A stretch of DNA of 64,000 bases from Trueperaceae bacterium. Lineage in GTDB: Bacteria; Deinococcota; Deinococci; Deinococcales; Trueperaceae. The stretch lies in contig OZ243913.1 of NCBI GenBank assembly GCA_965213705.1, forward strand, positions 1,280,001 to 1,344,000, given 5' to 3'. The notes under the pieces are model-generated. The model was not told where the DNA came from and did not search any database. It saw only the letters and a list, made by a program, of their open reading frames with translations. Of the stretch, positions 57,639 through 64,000 are shown in pieces. Numbering within the stretch: position 1 is the first letter of the stretch; every line of letters starts with the position of its first letter. The translations under genes were made by a program, and so were the position numbers.

Positions 57639-58517
57639 TCATCCTTTGACGCCCGACGAAGTGATGCCCTCGAGATAGTAGCGCTGGAACACGAGGTAGA
57701 CAATTATCATCGGCAAGACGGCGAGCAGCGTAGCGGCCATGACCGAGCCCACCTGTCCCCCGGCCTGCCCGCCGATGCCGTAAAGCGTCACCATCTGCGT
57801 GAGGGTCTGGTACTGCAGGTCCCGGTTCACAATCGTCGGCCACAAAAAGTCGTTCCAGCCGCCCATAAACGTAAAAATCCCGACCGTGATAATCACCGCC
57901 GTCGAGAGCGGCCAGATGATTCGGAACAGAATCGTCAAGTCCGACGCGCCGTCTACCCTGGCCGCGTCGAGCAGGTCTTGCGGAATCGTCTTGAAGTGCT
58001 GGCGGAACATGAAAATCCCGAAGGCGCTTATCATGCCGGGCACGATTAAAGCTTGGTAAGAATCCGTCCAGCCGAAGCGCACGATGAGCAAGTAAAGCGG
58101 GATGAGGAGCAGTTGCCCCGGAATCATCATGGTCAACAGGATGATGTTGAAGATGAAGTCGCGGCCGAAAAACTGCAGCCTCGAGAGCGCGTAGCCCACG
58201 ATCGACGAAAACACCAGCACCGACGCGGTTTGCAAGCCGTAGACGAAGGCCGAGTTGAACAGCGCCTGCCCGATGGGGATTTGCGTGAACACCGCCTGGT
58301 AGTGCTCCAAGGTCGGGTTTTGGGGGATGAGGTTCGTGTTGAAAAGCTCCTGCGGCCCCTTGATGGAGGTCGAAACCATGTAGAAAAAGGGCAGCAGAAA
58401 ACTCAGCGCGCCCAAAATCAACAAGCCGTAAAAGAGGGCTTGCCGAGCCAGCAGCGGCCAGGCCTCGAGCCGCCGTTCCAGCCGCACCCGGCTCGAAAGC
58501 CTTTTGTTGGCAGCCAC
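57639..58517 (-). CDS. Carbohydrate ABC permease (MalG-like)
   Basis: LLDAARVDGAS EAA loop. Confidence 0.92.
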   Translation of the reverse strand: MAANKRLSSRVRLERRLEAWPLLARQALFYGLLILGALSFLLPFFYMVSTSIKGPQELFNTNLIPQNPTLEHYQAVFTQIPIGQALFNSAFVYGLQTASVLVFSSIVGYALSRLQFFGRDFIFNIILLTMMIPGQLLLIPLYLLIVRFGWTDSYQALIVPGMISAFGIFMFRQHFKTIPQDLLDAARVDGASDLTILFRIIWPLSTAVIITVGIFTFMGGWNDFLWPTIVNRDLQYQTLTQMVTLYGIGGQAGGQVGSVMAATLLAVLPMIIVYLVFQRYYLEGITSSGVKG

Positions 58518-58518
58518 C

Positions 58519-59439
58519 CTAGTACCCCACTTCCCGCTCGACCAGTCGGCGCTGCAGCAGCGTCACCGCGAAGATGATGAGCGCCAGCGCCACCCCGAGC
58601 GTGGCGGCGTAGCCCATCCGCAAAAATTGAAACGCCTGCCGGTACAGGTACAGCACGATGCTCAAAGTCGAGTCCACCGGCCCGCCGCCGGTCATCACGA
58701 AGGGTTCGACGAACAGCGAAAAACCGCCGATGGTCGAGAGCACCACGACCAGCACCATCGCCGGGTTTAAAAGTGGCAAGGTAATGTACCAAAAACGCTG
58801 CCAGGCGTTCGCCCCGTTCAGGTAGGACTCTTCGTAAAGTTGGCTCGGAATCGCCTGCAGCGCCGCTAGAAAAATCATCAGGTAGTAGCCGACGTTTTTC
58901 CAGGTCGCCATGATCGCAATCGAGGGCATGGCGAGGCGCGGGCTCGAGAGCCAACCCAGCGCGGGCAATCCCACCGAATTCAGGGCGTTGTTCAGCAGCC
59001 CGTCGTCGGCGTAAAGCCGCAGCCAGATGAGGCTGATAATCGCCCCCGAAGTCACGAAGGGAAGAAAAAAAGCCACCCTGAAAAACGCGCGCCCGCGAAT
59101 CTTCTGGTTCAGCACGACCGCCAACAGCAGCGCCACCGCGATTTGTAAGGGGATGTGGACGACCAGAAAGACGAACGTGTTTTGGAGCGCCTTGTAAAAG
59201 AGTTCGTCGCTGAGCAGGCGCTCGTAGTTCCGGAAGCCTACAAACGGTTTCTCGGGCCGGACGATGTTCCAACTGTGAACGGTGAGGTAAAACGCGAACC
59301 CCACCGGGTAGGCCACGAACACCGTAAAGAAGATGAGGTAGGGCAGCGTGAACAGGTAGCCTACCGGGTTCGAGCGGCGCAGGCTGGTCCCGAGGCCGCG
59401 CCACCTGGACACTCGGCGGCTGGGTTCAGCGGCTTGCAC
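58519..59439 (-). CDS. Carbohydrate ABC permease (MalF-like)
   Basis: LYEESYLNGANAWQRFWYITLP loop; TM helices. Confidence 0.92.
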   Translation of the reverse strand: MQAAEPSRRVSRWRGLGTSLRRSNPVGYLFTLPYLIFFTVFVAYPVGFAFYLTVHSWNIVRPEKPFVGFRNYERLLSDELFYKALQNTFVFLVVHIPLQIAVALLLAVVLNQKIRGRAFFRVAFFLPFVTSGAIISLIWLRLYADDGLLNNALNSVGLPALGWLSSPRLAMPSIAIMATWKNVGYYLMIFLAALQAIPSQLYEESYLNGANAWQRFWYITLPLLNPAMVLVVVLSTIGGFSLFVEPFVMTGGGPVDSTLSIVLYLYRQAFQFLRMGYAATLGVALALIIFAVTLLQRRLVEREVGY

Positions 59440-59577
59440 GGTTCACCCACACGGCGTTTGCCCAGACAGAGCTTGCCCTAACAGCGTTCACCCGAACGGC
59501 TCGAGCCCCCAACACGAGACGACACTGTCGCTTGGCTACGTCCATCGCCCCCTCCCCAGACCCTAAGTGTTTCCGGT

Positions 59578-59606
59578 AGGCTAGCACCCCCTTTGGGGAC
59601 TGTCAA
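59578..59606 (-). promoter_or_regulatory. Probable promoter of the mannoside operon
   Basis: Minus strand TTGACA-16bp-TAGCCT with TG just upstream of the -10. Confidence 0.5.
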
Positions 59607-59687
59607 CAGGGACTAGCCGACGAGACTCAGCGACGAGCGTGCAAACCTCGCTTGCGTCTTTTTTAGAAAACACGCCACCCCGGATGA

Positions 59688-60326
59688 TTACCTGTCCGTC
59701 AACAAGGGCAGCGGGTCGATGGCGTTCCAATCGCACGTTTTGGGCTCGCCGGTGTAGATGCCTAAGTGCAGGTGCGGCGGTGTGCCCGCCGCGTTGCCGG
59801 TGGTGCCGACGTAACCCAGCAGCGTGTCGGGGGTAACGGCTTGCCCCTCGCGCAGGTCCTCGTTGTAGCCGGACAGGTGCGCGTAGTAATAGCGCCAGCC
59901 GCCCCCGCCGACGACGACCACCGTGTTGCCGCCCCGCAAGCTCTCGCCGATGCGGTACACGTAGCCCGCTGTGCCCGAGTAAATAGGCGTGCCTACAGGG
60001 GCGAAGATGTCTTGGCCTTCATGGCGGCGTCCTTCGCTCCGCGGGCCGCCCCAGGTGTCGGCGACCTGGGCGACTCGCACGCCCACAATCGGCATGAGGA
60101 CAAAAGCGTCGGGCTCGGTGGGAACGGCGGCAAAGTAAGCCGGCAACACCTTGCGGTAGCGCGCTCGGGTCTCGAGCTGCAACCGCTCGGCTTTTTCTTG
60201 CGGCGGCGGCCCGTCCCGCGGCGGGCACGTGAAGGGTATGGCGTCGACCCCGACGGGCAGGGTTTGGGCGTCGGCCACGTTCACGGCGAACAGACACATC
60301 CAAACAAGATATTTTACAAAGCGCAT
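59688..60326 (-). CDS. Secreted M23-family metallopeptidase
   Basis: HEGQDIFA (HxxxD), YYYAHL, PHLH (HxH). Confidence 0.92.
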   Translation of the reverse strand: MRFVKYLVWMCLFAVNVADAQTLPVGVDAIPFTCPPRDGPPPQEKAERLQLETRARYRKVLPAYFAAVPTEPDAFVLMPIVGVRVAQVADTWGGPRSEGRRHEGQDIFAPVGTPIYSGTAGYVYRIGESLRGGNTVVVVGGGGWRYYYAHLSGYNEDLREGQAVTPDTLLGYVGTTGNAAGTPPHLHLGIYTGEPKTCDWNAIDPLPLLTDR

Positions 60327-60599
60327 ACCTTCAGGTTACCTGGGGTGTAGTCTTGCTCGGGTCGTATAGGCGCAACTCGACAGGACAAGCCCGTTCATGA
60401 AGGCGAACCTAAGAGATATAGTGACGGGAACTTCAGTGTCCTTTGCGAGCCCTGACTTTACAATAGGCCTGACTTGCTCGTCGGCCAAACTGGGCTCGTC
60501 CGTGCCGACGCGTTGCTGCGACGGCGGTCGCAACACAAAAACCGAACGGTGAAAGAAGCGTGACCGGTGTTTTGGAAATTTGCAGCTCGAGGGGTGGAC

Positions 60600-61259
60600 A
60601 TGGTTGAGGGGTCGAAGTTGACAAGGTTGGCTCGTTCGGCGGTTGCGGCGTGCCTGACGCTGTACTTCGCGCTCGTTGCGGCGGCGCTGGCCCAGGACAA
60701 CCTTTACGGCCCGTCGGCCCCCCCGGACGCGGCCTACATTCGCGTCGTCAACGCGGCGAGCGGCGTGAGTCCTTTTGAAGCCGTGTTGGGCGACCTGGTT
60801 TTTCCGCCCGTCGCCTTTGCCGAAGTCACGCCGTACTTTGTACTCGAGCCCGCCACCCTGAGCTTGAGCGCAGGCGACGCCGAAATGGTCGTCGAGGTCG
60901 AAGCCGGTGGTTTTTACACGGCGGCGCTGTTGCCGGGCGGCCTTGTGGTGTTCGACGACGAACCGCTCGTCGACGCGTCTCGAGCGCTGCTCACCTTTTA
61001 CAACCTCTCCGGTCGCGGGCCGCTCGACCTCGCGACGGCGGACGGCGGGACGGACGTGCTCGTCGGCGTCGGCGCGGGTGAGAGCGAAAGTATCGTCGTG
61101 GGCGGTGCCGAGGTGGCGCTGGGCGTGTTCGAGGCGGGCGAACTCGTGGCTGCCCTCGAGTCGCAACAGCTCGAGCGCGGCGCGGCCCACTCGGTGTTCG
61201 CGTTCGACGGCCCGGAGGGCTTGGTCGTCGGCTACGACCGTGCCGAGTTGCAGGAGTAG
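60600..61259 (+). CDS. algF: AlgF-like O-acetylation accessory protein
   Basis: Signal peptide, LYGPSAPPDAAYIRVVNA, LTFYNLS; immediately upstream of the MBOAT gene. Confidence 0.8.
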   Translation: MVEGSKLTRLARSAVAACLTLYFALVAAALAQDNLYGPSAPPDAAYIRVVNAASGVSPFEAVLGDLVFPPVAFAEVTPYFVLEPATLSLSAGDAEMVVEVEAGGFYTAALLPGGLVVFDDEPLVDASRALLTFYNLSGRGPLDLATADGGTDVLVGVGAGESESIVVGGAEVALGVFEAGELVAALESQQLERGAAHSVFAFDGPEGLVVGYDRAELQE

Positions 61260-61260
61260 C

Positions 61261-62679
61261 GTGGTTTTCAGCACGAGCCTGTTTTTGTTTCTTTTTTTGC
61301 CCGTCTTTTTGCTGGTTTACTACCTGCTGCCGTTTCGGGCGCGTTCCGCTTGGATTTTGCTGGCGAGTTATGCGTTTTACGCTTGGTGGCGCGTCGACTT
61401 TTTGGCGCTGTTCGTCGCCACGACCCTGTGGAGTTACCTCGTAGGGCGGCTGGTCGGGCGCTTTCGCGACACGAACCGCCAGCGTGCCCGGTTCGCGCTC
61501 GCGCTCGGGGTCGTCGGCAACCTGGGCACGCTCGCCTACTTTAAGTATTTCAACTTCGGCGTCGACAGCCTCAACGCGCTGCTGGCGGGGGCGGGCGTCA
61601 CGCCCGTGACGACCTGGCAGGTCATTCTGCCCGTCGGCATCTCGTTTTACGTGTTTCAGGCGACGAGTTACCTCGTCGACATCTACCGCCGCGACGCGCC
61701 CGCCGACGAACCGTTTTTCGACGTGGCCGCCTACATCGCCCTGTTCCCGCAACTCATCGCCGGGCCGATTCTGCGCTACAAAGACTTGGCGGCCCAGTTC
61801 AAACGGCGGACGCACACCTTTGAGAAGTTTTCCGAAGGGTCGACGCGCTTTATGGTGGGGTTTTGCAAAAAGGTGTTGATAGCGGACGGCGTAGCTTCCC
61901 TCGCCGACGCGGTGTTTGCGGCGTCCGCGCCGAGTTTTGCCGACGCCTGGCTCGGCGCGCTCGCCTACGCGGTGCAGCTCTACTTCGACTTTTCGGGGTA
62001 CTCGGACATGGCGATAGGTCTCGGCCTCATGATGGGCTTTCGCTTTGCCGAGAACTTCAGGCACCCCTACCTGGCGCGGAGCGTCACCGAGTTCTGGCAG
62101 CGCTGGCACATCTCCTTGTCGACCTGGTTGCGCGACTACCTCTATGTTCCCCTGGGCGGCAACCGCGTGTCGCCGCGCCGCACCTACCTCAACTTGCTCA
62201 CCGTGATGCTGTTGGGCGGACTGTGGCACGGCGCCGCCTGGACGTTCGTGCTGTGGGGCGCCTGGCACGGCGGCATCCTCGCCCTCGAGCGCTACCTGGG
62301 CGGGCGCAAGCTGTGGCGCGCTTTGCCCGCGGCGCTTACCATCCCCCGCACTTTCGTGCTCGTCACCCTGGGCTGGGTGACGTTTCGCGCGGCGGGTTTG
62401 GACGGTGCGCTGACGATGTACGCGGGCATGACCGGGCGCAACGGCTGGGGCGTGAGCGACGCGCTGGCTTGGCAACTGAACGCCTCGGCGCTTGTGACGC
62501 TCGTGATAGGTTTGGCGCTCGCCACCGTCGTGCCCTGGTGGGGGTTTGCCCGGCGCGGCTCGATGCCCGCGCGCGTGCGGCCGGCGACCCTCGACTTGCT
62601 CGTCCTGCCCCTGTTCGTCTTGGGCGTTTTGCGCGTCTCGGCCGAAAGCCTCTCACCCTTTTTGTACTTTCAGTTCTGA
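61261..62679 (+). CDS. algI: MBOAT O-acetyltransferase, AlgI-like
   Basis: LPVGISFY, FPQLIAGPI, YFDFSGYSDMAIG, FWQRWHISLS, GLWHGA, PFLYFQF. Confidence 0.92.
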   Translation: MVFSTSLFLFLFLPVFLLVYYLLPFRARSAWILLASYAFYAWWRVDFLALFVATTLWSYLVGRLVGRFRDTNRQRARFALALGVVGNLGTLAYFKYFNFGVDSLNALLAGAGVTPVTTWQVILPVGISFYVFQATSYLVDIYRRDAPADEPFFDVAAYIALFPQLIAGPILRYKDLAAQFKRRTHTFEKFSEGSTRFMVGFCKKVLIADGVASLADAVFAASAPSFADAWLGALAYAVQLYFDFSGYSDMAIGLGLMMGFRFAENFRHPYLARSVTEFWQRWHISLSTWLRDYLYVPLGGNRVSPRRTYLNLLTVMLLGGLWHGAAWTFVLWGAWHGGILALERYLGGRKLWRALPAALTIPRTFVLVTLGWVTFRAAGLDGALTMYAGMTGRNGWGVSDALAWQLNASALVTLVIGLALATVVPWWGFARRGSMPARVRPATLDLLVLPLFVLGVLRVSAESLSPFLYFQF

Positions 62680-63797
62680 TGGACTACCGCGCGCCTCGCG
62701 CCACGCACTCCGCCAAGCGCCGGGTACGCCTCCGGTTGCGCCGGCGGCTGCCGGGGCTGTTCATGGTGCTGTTTTTGGCGGGCGGGCTGACCCTCACCGC
62801 GCTGAACCCGGCAACGCTGCAGCTGCCGCGGGGGAAGCCCGTGCTGAATGGCAGCTGGGCGGCGGCCTACCAGGCGCGTTTTGAAGAGGCGTTGCCGCTG
62901 CGCGAAACGGCCCTGACGACCTGGGGCGGGCTGTCTTACTGGCTGTTCGGTGAGGGCCGCGCGGGCCTGCTGATAGGCGACGACGGCTGGCTGTTCAGCA
63001 CTGAAGAGTTCGCGCGGCCCGAGAACGCGGCCACGCAGACGCGCGCGAACCTCGCTTACATCGAAGACGTTCGGGACGCCCTGGCCGCGCGGGGTATCGG
63101 CCTCGTCGTGGTGGTGGTACCCGCCAAGGCGCGCGTTTACGAGGAACGCTCAGGGCGCTACACTTTGCCGGACGACGCGCGGCAGCGTTACGCAACGTTG
63201 CGCGCGGCGCTCCTGGCGCGCGGCCTCACCGCGCCCGACCTGCTGGGGGCGCTCCTCGAGGCTAAAACGGAAGGCGAGGTTTTTTTGCACACCGACACCC
63301 ACTGGACGCCCTACGGCGCCCTCGTCGCGGCGCGCGCGGTCGCAGCAGCCGCGCCGCCGTTCGAAGGTCGGGGCGAGACACCTTTCGAAACGCGCTCGAG
63401 GGACGCCCAAGACTACCGGGGCGACCTGCTGAACTTCTTGCCGCTCGGCCGCTTGTCCCGGTTCGGACCCCCGCCGGACCGGCTCGAGCGCGTCGAGACC
63501 GTGGCGCAGACGACCTCGCAAGGCGGCGCGAACGCCCTCTTCGGCGAGGTCACGATTCCCGTGACGCTCGTCGGGACGAGCTACAGCGCCGACCCGCGCT
63601 GGAACTTCGCGGGCGCGCTGCAAACGGCGCTCGGCGCGGACGTGCTGAACGTGGCCGACGCGGGCCAAGGCCCGTTCGTGCCGATGGCCCGCTACTTGGC
63701 AAGCGAAACGTTAAGTAACACCGTGCCCGAACTCGTCGTTTGGGAGTTGCCCGAGCGTTATATCGACAAGGCTTACGAAGTCGGGGGAACGCCGTGA
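62679..63797 (+). CDS. algJ: AlgJ/AlgX-like SGNH O-acetyltransferase
   Basis: GDDGWLF, VPAK, TDTHWTPYGA, GTSYS, VWELPER. Confidence 0.88.
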   Translation: MDYRAPRATHSAKRRVRLRLRRRLPGLFMVLFLAGGLTLTALNPATLQLPRGKPVLNGSWAAAYQARFEEALPLRETALTTWGGLSYWLFGEGRAGLLIGDDGWLFSTEEFARPENAATQTRANLAYIEDVRDALAARGIGLVVVVVPAKARVYEERSGRYTLPDDARQRYATLRAALLARGLTAPDLLGALLEAKTEGEVFLHTDTHWTPYGALVAARAVAAAAPPFEGRGETPFETRSRDAQDYRGDLLNFLPLGRLSRFGPPPDRLERVETVAQTTSQGGANALFGEVTIPVTLVGTSYSADPRWNFAGALQTALGADVLNVADAGQGPFVPMARYLASETLSNTVPELVVWELPERYIDKAYEVGGTP

Positions 63798-64000
63798 CAC
63801 ACAAACTCTGTTTTTTCTTAGTGTGGCTGCTGGCCGGCTGGGGCTTCGCGCAACCGGGCCGCTTGCTCGAGGTGACCCGGACCGCGTCCCTCCAGCCCGC
63901 CGACATTGACCGCGTGAGCGGCGGGCGGTTTCGCAACAACGGCGGCGACCTGCCGAGCCCGCAGTACGCCGTGACCGCCTACCTCGTCGTGTTCGAAAGC
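63794..64000 (+). CDS. Partial secreted protein, possibly an alpha/beta hydrolase
   Basis: GTG overlaps the algJ stop; signal peptide ending GFA; runs off the window. Confidence 0.55.
   Translation, partial: MTHKLCFFLVWLLAGWGFAQPGRLLEVTRTASLQPADIDRVSGGRFRNNGGDLPSPQYAVTAYLVVFES

Noticed and set aside
60907..63797. Long N-terminal extensions on the algI and algJ ORFs
   Set aside because: Out-of-frame overlaps with upstream genes; family-typical starts are at 61261 and 62679.

Overview
GC-rich bacterial DNA, probably Deinococcota (Trueperaceae-like). This is inferred from several leaderless genes with a -10 box 5-6 nt before the start, frequent CTCGAG, and gene content. Three large minus-strand carbohydrate operons dominate the window. 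(1) 0.3-11.2 kb: a sugar/polyol ABC importer with a self-contained PTS-dependent dihydroxyacetone-kinase-like system (DhaK, two DhaL, EIIA-type DhaM, HPr-EI fusion), an unnamed HTH-like gene, and a tandem palindromic operator over the promoter. (2) 25-37 kb: a LacI-controlled beta-glucan locus (ABC, GH3, GH5, and a secreted 1478-aa CBM11/Calx-beta/GH16/GH3 enzyme whose GH16 is nested inside a CBM11 repeat). (3) 51-59.6 kb: a beta-mannoside locus (ABC, two uncharacterised secreted proteins, GH130) whose solute-binding gene appears to start at ATC. Between them lie a decayed region (several pseudogenes, a frameshifted UvrD coupled to a Zn-finger/TM/PEGA protein, IS scars), a general-stress cluster (DUF6582, YsnF/AvaK, CsbD), a PAS-GGDEF-EAL gene, and a plasmid/phage-like island at about 41.3-49.6 kb (TraX, iteron-like repeats, two Xre switches with palindromic operators, RES-Xre toxin-antitoxin). 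An apparently complete IS630 follows the island. The window ends with an M23 peptidase and algF-algI-algJ-like O-acetylation genes. No rRNA, tRNA or CRISPR array was seen. All family assignments come from motif recognition by eye, not database searches.
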